A stretch of 55,698 nt of DNA from Dehalococcoidia bacterium (GTDB lineage Bacteria > Chloroflexota > Dehalococcoidia > DSTF01 > WHTK01): positions 1 through 55,698 of the forward strand of contig DASTLN010000226.1 in NCBI GenBank assembly GCA_035714925.1, in the 5' to 3' direction. The notes under the pieces were generated by a model that made no database searches, was not told the origin of the DNA, and was given only the letters and a program-made list of their open reading frames with translations. The position numbers were made by a program, and so were the translations under genes. Shown here piece by piece: positions 7,652-15,554 of this stretch; the first letter of the stretch is position 1; every line of letters begins with the position of its first letter.

Positions 7652-9415
7652 ATGGTTCTTCCTTCAGTCTCGCCTACCCTGAACCGTCCAATTACCCAGG
7701 TTTACGTCAAACTGGACGGCCGGGACCTTGACCCCGGCCTGGTCGAAGGCTTGCTGCGGGTTTCAGTTAACGGAAGCGTCCACCTGCCCGACCTAGCGAT
7801 CCTGGAGTTCGACAACCCGGACATGCGCTGGTCGGACGTCGATGCGATCAGGATCGGCCAGGAGATGACGGTCGGATTCGGTGACAACGAGCTGCAATCG
7901 GAGGAGCCCGTGTTCATGGGCGACGTCACGGCGCTGGACCTCGACGTCGGTATGGACGGGTCCGTGAAGCTGATAGTGCGCGGCTACGACCGGTCGCACC
8001 GCCTGCACCGCGGCCGCCAGACGAAGGTCTACGAGAACGTCAAAGACAGCGATATCGCGATGCAGATCGCGAGCGAGCTCGGGTTCGAGACGATCGAAAT
8101 CCAGACCACGCCGGGCACGCACGATTACGTGCTACAGGACAACCAGACGAACTGGGAATTCCTGCGGCAACGCGCCGCCCGACATGGCTACGAATTACAG
8201 GTGCGGGACAAGAAGCTGGTCTTCAAGCCGCCGCCCAGCACGGAGCGCCGCGACGTCGACCTAACCTGGAACCAGGAGCTGATCTCGTTCCGCGCGTCGA
8301 TGACGACCGGCGATCAGGTGAACAAGGTCGAGGTGCGCGGCTGGGACCCGGTGAACAAGGAAACGGTCCTTGGTACCGCCGACAGCGCCCAGACACTGCC
8401 TGACGTCCCGGGCGCAACGTTCGGCGGCAATGCTGGCGGTGCCGTTGCGCAACTGGCGTTTCAGCGCGAGGCCGTCATGGTCGTGGCGCGGCAGCCGATC
8501 TACAGCCAGGAGGACGCCGACCGCCTGGCGCAGTCCGTGCTGGAGGACCTGGCAGGCAGTTTCATCACGGCGCAGGGCGTCGCTGCAGGCAACCCGGAGC
8601 TTCAGCTGGGCAGCAAGGTCAATGTGAAGGACGTAGGGCGGCAGTTCTCCGGCAGTTACATGGTGACTCAGATCACCCACAACTACGAGCCCGAGAGCTA
8701 CACGATCAATTTCGAGGTTACGGGACGGCGGTCGACGGACCTGGTCAGCCTGCTCGAGGCGCCGCCGCACCAGGAGATGAACCTGCTGACGGGCATGGTG
8801 ATGGACCTCAATGACCCGGAAGGCTTGGGGCGAGTGAAGGTCAGCTTGCCGCAACTGGGCCCCGACATCTACACAGCGTGGTGTCGCCTAGTGGCGCCAG
8901 GCGCCGGCGCGACCCGAGGCATCTACTTCCTGCCCGAGATCGACGACGAGGTCCTGCTGATGGGAACGAGCATGGACAACCTCTACATCCTTGGCGGGCT
9001 GTGGAATAACCGCGACCAGCCGCCTTACGACAACAGCGATGCGGCACCAAACGGCGCGGTCATGAAGCGCACAATCCGGTCGCGGGAGGGGCACGAAATC
9101 CTTCTCGACGACGACCCGCGCGAGCCGGGGATATCGATTATCGACAAGGAAGGCAACAAGCTGCTGATAAAGTCGCGCGACAACAGCATGACGATCGACG
9201 TCCAGGGTGATATCAAGTTCAAAACGCCGGGCAATTTCGAGATCGACGCGACCGGCAACATCTCGATGAGCGCGACGGGCAACTTCAACGCCGAGGCGAT
9301 GGGCAACGCGTCCGTAGAGGCCAACGGGCAGGCGACTCTGCGCGGCACGGCCGGTGTCCGGGCAGAGAGCAGCGCAAACGCTGCGCTGAGCGCGCCGTCG
9401 GTGAGTCTGGGTTAG
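7652..9415 (+). CDS. VgrG-like spike/hub protein (Afp8; gpD-like N-terminus plus gp5 OB-fold plus beta-helix)
   Basis: The central segment GLGRVKVSLPQLGPDIYTAWCRLVAPGAGATRGIYFLPEIDDEVLL is the gp5/VgrG OB-fold signature. The C-terminus is repetitive in beta-helix style (GNFEIDATGNISMSATGNFNAEAMGNASVEANG). Confidence 0.9.
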   Translation: MVLPSVSPTLNRPITQVYVKLDGRDLDPGLVEGLLRVSVNGSVHLPDLAILEFDNPDMRWSDVDAIRIGQEMTVGFGDNELQSEEPVFMGDVTALDLDVGMDGSVKLIVRGYDRSHRLHRGRQTKVYENVKDSDIAMQIASELGFETIEIQTTPGTHDYVLQDNQTNWEFLRQRAARHGYELQVRDKKLVFKPPPSTERRDVDLTWNQELISFRASMTTGDQVNKVEVRGWDPVNKETVLGTADSAQTLPDVPGATFGGNAGGAVAQLAFQREAVMVVARQPIYSQEDADRLAQSVLEDLAGSFITAQGVAAGNPELQLGSKVNVKDVGRQFSGSYMVTQITHNYEPESYTINFEVTGRRSTDLVSLLEAPPHQEMNLLTGMVMDLNDPEGLGRVKVSLPQLGPDIYTAWCRLVAPGAGATRGIYFLPEIDDEVLLMGTSMDNLYILGGLWNNRDQPPYDNSDAAPNGAVMKRTIRSREGHEILLDDDPREPGISIIDKEGNKLLIKSRDNSMTIDVQGDIKFKTPGNFEIDATGNISMSATGNFNAEAMGNASVEANGQATLRGTAGVRAESSANAALSAPSVSLG

Positions 9416-9423
9416 AGAGAGCG

Positions 9424-9867
9424 ATGAACGACCACGCCAGCGGGAAAGAAATACTCGGTGTCGGATGGAACTTCCCGATCCGCGTCGACAGGCGACTGGA
9501 TACCGAGTTTGCGGCGCCGTACCGCGGCAGCGGCGGCATCGCCCTGTCGCGGCACGAGGAGGACATCGAGCAGGCGATCAGCATCGTGCTCTCGACGGCA
9601 AAGGGCGAACGCCGCATGCGGCCGACCTTCGGCTGCGACATCCATACGTTGGTCTACTCACCGGCCAACTCGTCGACGTTCAGTCTGATGCACGTCTACG
9701 TCGAGGAAGCGCTTCGGATGTGGGAGCCACGGATCGATGTCAGGGACGTGGGGATCACATCAGAAAACATCGACGGCCGGGTGGACATTACGGTCAGCTA
9801 CGAGGTCCGCACGACAAAGGATGCACGGACGCTGGTCTATCCCTTCTACATGTTAGGAGAGGACTAA
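9424..9867 (+). CDS. GPW/gp25 baseplate wedge protein (Afp9-like)
   Basis: GWNFPIRVD...IEQAISIVLSTAKGERRMRPTFGCDIHTLVYSP matches the gp25 family pattern. Confidence 0.88.
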   Translation: MNDHASGKEILGVGWNFPIRVDRRLDTEFAAPYRGSGGIALSRHEEDIEQAISIVLSTAKGERRMRPTFGCDIHTLVYSPANSSTFSLMHVYVEEALRMWEPRIDVRDVGITSENIDGRVDITVSYEVRTTKDARTLVYPFYMLGED

Positions 9868-9869
9868 TC

Positions 9870-11858
9870 ATGACGATGCAAGTGACGGAGCGGCGGCTGG
9901 ATTTGCGCGACTTCCAGGACATTGTCGACGAGGCGAAGCGCCTGATCCCTCGCTACTGCCCGGAGTGGACCGACCACAACGTCAGCGACCCCGGCGTGAC
10001 GCTTATCGAGCTGTTCGCCTGGATGACGGAGATGATCCTCTACCAACTCAATCGCCTGCCGGATGAGATGCACGAGCATTTCCTCGACCTGATCGGGGTG
10101 CAGCTCCGCCCGCCGGAGCCTGCTACGGTGGACATCACCTTTTACCTCTCGAAGCACCTGACGCAGCCGCTGGAGATCCCCACAGAAACGGAGATCGCAA
10201 CAGAGCGGACGGACGTTCAGGACGCAATCGTCTTCGCGACGACGAAGGCACTCAAGATGGAGCCGCCGCGGTTGGCGGGCCTGCGGGCCTGGCGCGAGGG
10301 CCAAGGCTTCGAAGACTACATGCCCTATGTCGCCAGCGGGCTGGTCGACGCGCCGATCTTCAACCAGGAGCCGGTCGACGGCGACGCGCTTTATATCGGC
10401 CTGCAGGGCGACCTCGGGGGCTCTAGCCTGGCGTTGCGCCTGGAGTGCCGAGAGCTCGAAGGCGTACACATCGACCCGAAAAATCCGCCCCTCGAGTGGG
10501 AGTACTGGTCCGCGAGCACGCAGATGTGGACACCGTTGCGGGTGTTGCACCAGTCGGGTACGGGACGGCTGCGTGAGCCGATGACGACCGATCCGACGCA
10601 TGGTCTCAACCGCGATGGCGACGTCTTCGTGAACATCCCCGTCGACTCTGCGCCGCGGGCGATCGATGGTATTGAGGCGACGTGGCTCCGCATTCGCTAC
10701 GTGCAAGAGGAAGGCCCCGGCTATACGGCATCTCCACGAATAACGGGCCTGCGTGCCGACCGCATCGGTGGGACCGTGACGGCGCGCCAGTCACAGCGAA
10801 TCAACGAGCTCGTGCTGGGCAAAGCCTCTGGAGAGCCCGGCGACCGCTTCACCGTGGCGCAGCGACCGATTTTGCGCAGCCGTGAACCGCACGTCATCGA
10901 GGCGAGATTAGGGGAAGACGTCACGACGTGGGTGGAGGTCGAAGACTTCTCGCTGTCCGGCGAGAGCGACCGGCACTTCATGATCCACTATCCCAGTGGC
11001 GAGATCCGCTTCGGCCCCGGCATCCGTTCCCGCGATGGTACCGAGCGTCAGCACGGCGCCGTGCCGCGAACCGGCGCTGACCTCGTGCTGCTGACCTACT
11101 ACACAGGCGGCGGCACGCGCGGCAACGTCGGCGAGCGGACGATCACGCAGATGAAGACCTCGATCCGGTACATCTCCGGCGTGACGAACTACGCACCGTC
11201 GATCGGTGGCCTGGACGAGGAGACGATCGGCGAAGCGAAGCTGCGCGGCGTGGCCGAGCTGAAGCACCCGGTGACGGCGGTAACCCGCGAGGACTTCGAG
11301 CTGCTGGCCGCGCAGACTCCCGGCGTGGGCGGTGCACGCTGCATTGCTCCCGGCGAAACGGGCGGCACGCCAGGCGTAATCCGGCTGCTGCTTCTACCCG
11401 ATCTCCCCGGACCGGACGTGGAGCTGACTCCGGAGCTAATGGTGCCCTCGCCTGCGCTGCTGCAGGCCGTGGGCGAGGTTGTCGAACAGCGGCGGAGCCT
11501 GGGCACGGTAGTCGAGATGGCGCCTGTGTCCGTCGTCTGGACGGAAATCGATGCGCACATCTACGTCAACCGCGGCATCGACGTCGACGAGGCGCAGAAG
11601 ATAGCAGAGGAGCGGCTACGGCGCCTGATGCACCCCACGATCGGTGGCGTGCAGGGCCAAGGCCTGTCCTTCGGCGGCGCTATCACGATGTCGCAGATCG
11701 CCGGGTCGCTGCAAAGCGTACAGGGCGTCGTCTACGTGGAGCGGGTGCTGTTGCGGCGGCAAGGAGACCCGGCGGAGCAGACGCGTATCCAGCCCTCGCC
11801 CGACTCCGTGCTGGCGCTGGGCCGCTGCTACGTCCTGGCCGAGGTCTTGGAGGACTGA
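9870..11858 (+). CDS. Baseplate J-like protein (Afp11 / P2 gpJ-like)
   Basis: ATG at 9870 follows AGGAGAGGA. The upstream 135 codons of the track ORF overlap the gp25 gene and are Arg-rich noise. The N-terminus is FQDIVDEAKRLIPRYCPEWTDHNVSDPGVTLIELFAWMTEMILYQLNRLPD, and a C-terminal TREDFE block is present. Confidence 0.88.
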   Translation: MTMQVTERRLDLRDFQDIVDEAKRLIPRYCPEWTDHNVSDPGVTLIELFAWMTEMILYQLNRLPDEMHEHFLDLIGVQLRPPEPATVDITFYLSKHLTQPLEIPTETEIATERTDVQDAIVFATTKALKMEPPRLAGLRAWREGQGFEDYMPYVASGLVDAPIFNQEPVDGDALYIGLQGDLGGSSLALRLECRELEGVHIDPKNPPLEWEYWSASTQMWTPLRVLHQSGTGRLREPMTTDPTHGLNRDGDVFVNIPVDSAPRAIDGIEATWLRIRYVQEEGPGYTASPRITGLRADRIGGTVTARQSQRINELVLGKASGEPGDRFTVAQRPILRSREPHVIEARLGEDVTTWVEVEDFSLSGESDRHFMIHYPSGEIRFGPGIRSRDGTERQHGAVPRTGADLVLLTYYTGGGTRGNVGERTITQMKTSIRYISGVTNYAPSIGGLDEETIGEAKLRGVAELKHPVTAVTREDFELLAAQTPGVGGARCIAPGETGGTPGVIRLLLLPDLPGPDVELTPELMVPSPALLQAVGEVVEQRRSLGTVVEMAPVSVVWTEIDAHIYVNRGIDVDEAQKIAEERLRRLMHPTIGGVQGQGLSFGGAITMSQIAGSLQSVQGVVYVERVLLRRQGDPAEQTRIQPSPDSVLALGRCYVLAEVLED

Positions 11859-12469
11859 TGACGGCCGAGCTTCTGCCGCAGACGTACACCAATGGCTTGT
11901 CCGGGAACGGCGGCCTCTATCCCGAGGATGAGGGCCTGGCCGCGACGCTGCCCAGCGCGTACCTGCGCTTCCTGCCCGCGATTTACTGGCAGGACTCGTT
12001 CATGGGGCGCTTCCTGCGTATTTTCGAGGACGTCCTCTCGCCGATTCAGACCAACGTGAGCCGGCGCGCCGACCAGTTCGACCCGGCGGTGGCGTCGCAG
12101 CCGCTTCTGCGCTTCATGGCGACATGGGTGGGCGCCAACGACCTCGGGGAGCTCCCAGAGCAGGAGCTTCGCGGCCTTGTACGGCGAACAGTGCGGCTGA
12201 ACCAGCTGCGCGGCACAAAAGCCGGCCTGCGGATGGCGCTGGAGACGATTACCGGCAAGCGTCCCTACATCACGGAGTACTCGGCCGGTCTGGTGCTGGG
12301 TGAGGATGCTGTGCTCGGCCTGAACACCTCCTTGCAAAGCGGCAGGCCGCTACAGATTCATGTTCTGTTCAATTGTGACGAAGATGAAGTAGACACCTCA
12401 TTAGCGCATGCTATAATTCGACGCTATAAACCCGCCGGAGCTGAATATAGCATTTCGTTCTTGACCTAG
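11858..12469 (+). CDS. P2 gpI-like tail/baseplate protein (N-terminal part of Afp12-type proteins)
   Basis: The start overlaps the upstream stop (TGATG). YLRFLPAIYWQDSFMGRFLRIFEDVLSPI and the C-terminal IIRRYKPAGAEYSISF fit the conserved phage-tail-region protein I family. Confidence 0.8.
   Translation: MTAELLPQTYTNGLSGNGGLYPEDEGLAATLPSAYLRFLPAIYWQDSFMGRFLRIFEDVLSPIQTNVSRRADQFDPAVASQPLLRFMATWVGANDLGELPEQELRGLVRRTVRLNQLRGTKAGLRMALETITGKRPYITEYSAGLVLGEDAVLGLNTSLQSGRPLQIHVLFNCDEDEVDTSLAHAIIRRYKPAGAEYSISFLT
12390..12417 (+). promoter_or_regulatory. Candidate sigma70-type internal promoter TAGACA-16 nt-TATAAT
   Basis: TAGACA at 12390-12395, a 16-nt spacer, then a perfect TATAAT at 12412-12417. 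It lies in a conspicuously AT-rich patch at the 3' end of the gpI-like gene, about 68 nt upstream of ATG 12485. Confidence 0.45.
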
Positions 12470-12484
12470 GGTTCGGACTTCCTG

Positions 12485-13687
12485 ATGAATCAGCTTCCGC
12501 TGCACTCGCCGATCAGGGTTCATCCATTCAGTGGCCTGGTAATAGACGTAGACACGTGGGCGACCGCTCACGACTACCATCGTCAACACCAGCAGCTTCA
12601 CTTACTCAGTCTGCACGGTACCGGAGTGGCCCAGGGTCTCGACGTCGTCTCGACGGACCCGCCGAGCGAGAGCGTGGTGGTGGAGGCGGGACTGGCGATC
12701 GATTCCTTCGGCAACACGATTATCGTGCCGGAGCGCCAGTATGTTGTCCTGGGCAACCAGGCCGGCCTTACGTACCTGGTGCTGGACTACGTCGAGGGCA
12801 TCCCGCCGTCCGACGGGAACAACCGCGATACGCGAGCCCGGGTTAAGGAAGACTTCAGGCTGCGCGCTGTACAGACGACGCCGGAGCCGCATTCGATCGA
12901 GCTGGCGCGCGTCGAGATGAAGAAGGGCGCGGCGCCGATCGTTGGAGCTGCCAACCCGTGGCTGCCGAAGGACAGCGAGCTGGACCTGAGGCACCGGCCT
13001 CGGCTCCACGTCACAGCGCCCAAGGTCATCAAAGTCGGGCTGGTCGTTCACGGCGACGAAGCGAGTCTCAGTGCGTCGCACCTGGCGGGGTTCCAGTTCC
13101 TGCTGCGCGAGATGGAGTACTGCGGCCTGCGAGCCGAGGTCACCAAGACGACCGACGCGGCGGTACCGGACGCCGACCTGCTTTACGTGACAGCGGATTC
13201 GGGCGCGACGGTACCCTCGGCGATGGTGAAGCGCCTCGGCGAGCGCGTGGCCGAGGGTGCCTGGATGTTCGTTGACCCCTGCGGCTCAGATACCAGCATG
13301 CTGGAGTCGTTCCGGACGCTGGTCAAACCGAAAACCGGCAGCGCGACTGAAGACCTCATGCTTGGGTCGCGCTTCGTGTTCGGCACGCCGCCTGAGGGCG
13401 CGTTCCCGACACGAAACATGACCTGGGGCGAGCGCGTTACGCTTTCGCCGAGGGACTACGGTTGCGCCTGGGCCGGTCGGCGAGGCGATCACGCCTTCCA
13501 GCGCGACGTGGTGCGCGCGGCACTTGAGTTCGGCGTTAACGCCGCGTTCTGTGTTGGACACTCGGGTGTAGGTCCGGAGACCGAACCCAGACGGTCGCGC
13601 GGCGCCGGCGGCAGCAACCCAGCTGCAGACAAGCCGGACGCCGAAGCGGAGTCGAAAGAGGAAGCCCAGGCGGCCGCAGAGTCATAG
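12485..13687 (+). CDS. CIS-associated protein with DUF4159-like C-terminal half
   Basis: This is a 400-aa ORF directly after the gpI-like gene. The segment LRHRPRL..VIKVGLVVHGDE..HLAGFQFLLREME...DADLLYVTADSGATVPSAMVKRLGERVAEGAWMFVDPCGSDTSMLESFR resembles the DUF4159 pattern recalled from memory (PFLYMTG..f.ls..e...Lr.Yl..GGfl.aDdc....fd.sfr). The N-terminal half is unassigned. Confidence 0.55.
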   Translation: MNQLPLHSPIRVHPFSGLVIDVDTWATAHDYHRQHQQLHLLSLHGTGVAQGLDVVSTDPPSESVVVEAGLAIDSFGNTIIVPERQYVVLGNQAGLTYLVLDYVEGIPPSDGNNRDTRARVKEDFRLRAVQTTPEPHSIELARVEMKKGAAPIVGAANPWLPKDSELDLRHRPRLHVTAPKVIKVGLVVHGDEASLSASHLAGFQFLLREMEYCGLRAEVTKTTDAAVPDADLLYVTADSGATVPSAMVKRLGERVAEGAWMFVDPCGSDTSMLESFRTLVKPKTGSATEDLMLGSRFVFGTPPEGAFPTRNMTWGERVTLSPRDYGCAWAGRRGDHAFQRDVVRAALEFGVNAAFCVGHSGVGPETEPRRSRGAGGSNPAADKPDAEAESKEEAQAAAES

Positions 13688-13751
13688 AATGGGGTTGCAG
13701 GACAGACTCATTGTCCATGCCCAGCAATGCTAAAGCTTAGTTGGTGAGCTG

Positions 13752-15554
13752 TTGCCGCAATCCCCTCTGATTCAGGTTTCGATCGAACCCGAAAGCCGGA
13801 GCGCGACCCCGGGCCAGCGGGTCGAATTCATCATTACCGCTGAAAACACGGGGAACGAGCCGCAGGCTCAGACCATCGAACTGATGGGCCTGCCGAACGC
13901 CTGGTACACGATCAACTTCGACACCAGCGAGCGCGCGCTGCCGGGCGAGAAACGCAGCGGGATGCTGGTCATCTCGGTACCGGCAACGATTAGCGGTGGC
14001 AGCTACGAATTCGACGTTGCGGTGCTGTCCGGCTCCGCCGAAAGCTCCGCCAGCGGCTCGATTGCGGTCGGCAGCGCGCTACCCGAACCGCCGCCCGCCG
14101 AATCACCGCCCGCTGAGCCCGCGCCCGACTCGGCGACCGTGGCGCCAGTGAAAACAGACGCGTTAGCGCCGATCGTGAGCCTCGAAGGCGGCCTGGTGAT
14201 ATGGCGTGGCCAGGGTTCCCCGGAGCGCAAGAGCCTGACGATCAGCAACCCGGGAAGCGTCGAGACGGAATACAACATCGAGGTTGAAGGCCTGGAGCAA
14301 GGTTGGTACACGGTGCTCAACCGCGCTCGTGTCGGACCGGGCCAGGAGCTGCAGACCGACTTTTCCATCCACCCGCCGAGCGGCGCACGGCAGCAGGATT
14401 ACCCCTTCCGCCTTAACGTCAGCGTGGACGGGCAATCCGGCCTGCGCAGCGAGGCGTCCGGCTGGCTGTCGATCCCTTCGGGCATGACATCGACTGCGCC
14501 GACGCCCACCACCTCACCCACACCGCCGGCCCCGCAGCCCGAACCGCCGCGGCCCTCGGCGCCGGAAGGCGTCTCGCCGCCGGACGTGGTGCTCTCGCCA
14601 CGGTCCAATTTCAGCTTCGGGCGCGCGGAGGCGGTGGCGCAGGCGCTGGTCACCGTTTATAACCGCAGCAAGGTCCGGGAGCGCTACCGCATCGTGGTCA
14701 ACGGCCTACCGGAAGACTGGTACCTGCTTTCGGACGCCGACATTCGGCTCGACCCGGGTGAGAACCGCCAGGTATCGCTTCGACTGGCGCCGATTACGGG
14801 TCCGAGTACGCCTGCCGGCGAGTACGAGTTCCTGGTCCGCGCCGTGCCGGACGGCATCGAGACCTACTTCGGCGAAGCCCTCGGCGTGCTTTCGATCGCG
14901 GGCGTGCCGAGATATGAGGCGCGCCTGGACCCGCTCGAGGCGGAAGGAACGCGCCGCAACTACAACGTTCGAGTCGAAAACACCGGCGATACCAGCCTGC
15001 AGCTGACGCTAAACGCCAGCGATCCGGAAGGGCGCTGCAAGTTCAAGGTCCCGCCGCCGCGCAACCTGGATCCGGGCCAAGTCGGGCTAATTCAGCTGAG
15101 GATAGGTGCGAAACGCAACGGCATCATCGGGGCGTCCGAAACGTTCGACTTCCGAGTCCGAATTGAGTCGGACGATGCAGAGGTCCAGACGAGCAAGGAC
15201 ACCTTCGACGGCCGCTTTGTCCATCATCCCAAGATCTCCTATCGCGCGGTGTTTATCGTCGCTTTCATGTGCGCGCTGGTGGGCCTGGTATTCCTTCTCG
15301 TCTGGGCCTTCTCACCGACTTTCGAGCGCGCCGGCGAATGGGTTGGCTGCCAGCTCGACCGGGACTACCGCCTGTCCAGCGACACACGGCTGCTACGCAA
15401 GGAGTCCTGCGATGGCAGGCCTCGAGAGCAAGAGCTGGACGAATGGCAACGCGAACGGCAGGAGAGCACCACGCGACTCTCGATTGATGACGAGGTAACC
15501 CTGGTCTACCCACCGGCCTTGGTCCCACCTGCAGCGATCTGGCGGGCCGACTAA
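13752..15554 (+). CDS. Membrane-anchored protein with four Ig-like (CARDB/NEW3-like) domains, no signal peptide, single C-proximal TM helix
   Basis: TTG start follows GGTGAG. Four roughly 100-aa modules carry the recurring G(L/I)P..WY motif, separated by Pro-rich linkers. The TM helix is AVFIVAFMCALVGLVFLLVWAF, followed by an approximately 80-aa Cys-containing tail. Confidence 0.7.
   Translation: MPQSPLIQVSIEPESRSATPGQRVEFIITAENTGNEPQAQTIELMGLPNAWYTINFDTSERALPGEKRSGMLVISVPATISGGSYEFDVAVLSGSAESSASGSIAVGSALPEPPPAESPPAEPAPDSATVAPVKTDALAPIVSLEGGLVIWRGQGSPERKSLTISNPGSVETEYNIEVEGLEQGWYTVLNRARVGPGQELQTDFSIHPPSGARQQDYPFRLNVSVDGQSGLRSEASGWLSIPSGMTSTAPTPTTSPTPPAPQPEPPRPSAPEGVSPPDVVLSPRSNFSFGRAEAVAQALVTVYNRSKVRERYRIVVNGLPEDWYLLSDADIRLDPGENRQVSLRLAPITGPSTPAGEYEFLVRAVPDGIETYFGEALGVLSIAGVPRYEARLDPLEAEGTRRNYNVRVENTGDTSLQLTLNASDPEGRCKFKVPPPRNLDPGQVGLIQLRIGAKRNGIIGASETFDFRVRIESDDAEVQTSKDTFDGRFVHHPKISYRAVFIVAFMCALVGLVFLLVWAFSPTFERAGEWVGCQLDRDYRLSSDTRLLRKESCDGRPREQELDEWQRERQESTTRLSIDDEVTLVYPPALVPPAAIWRAD

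Noticed and set aside
9415-9424. PAAR-repeat spike tip gene (expected near the VgrG/gp25 genes)
   Set aside because: There is no room between genes, and no roughly 90-100 aa ORF with PAAR-like motifs anywhere in 1-18 kb. I report it as absent from the window rather than as a feature.
9465-9869. N-terminal 135 codons of the 797-aa track ORF (9465..11858)
   Set aside because: This part lies entirely over the gp25 gene in another frame and is Arg/Gly-rich. The recognisable baseplate J sequence begins at ATG 9870, which has its own AGGAGAGGA. I therefore treat it as frame-shadow.
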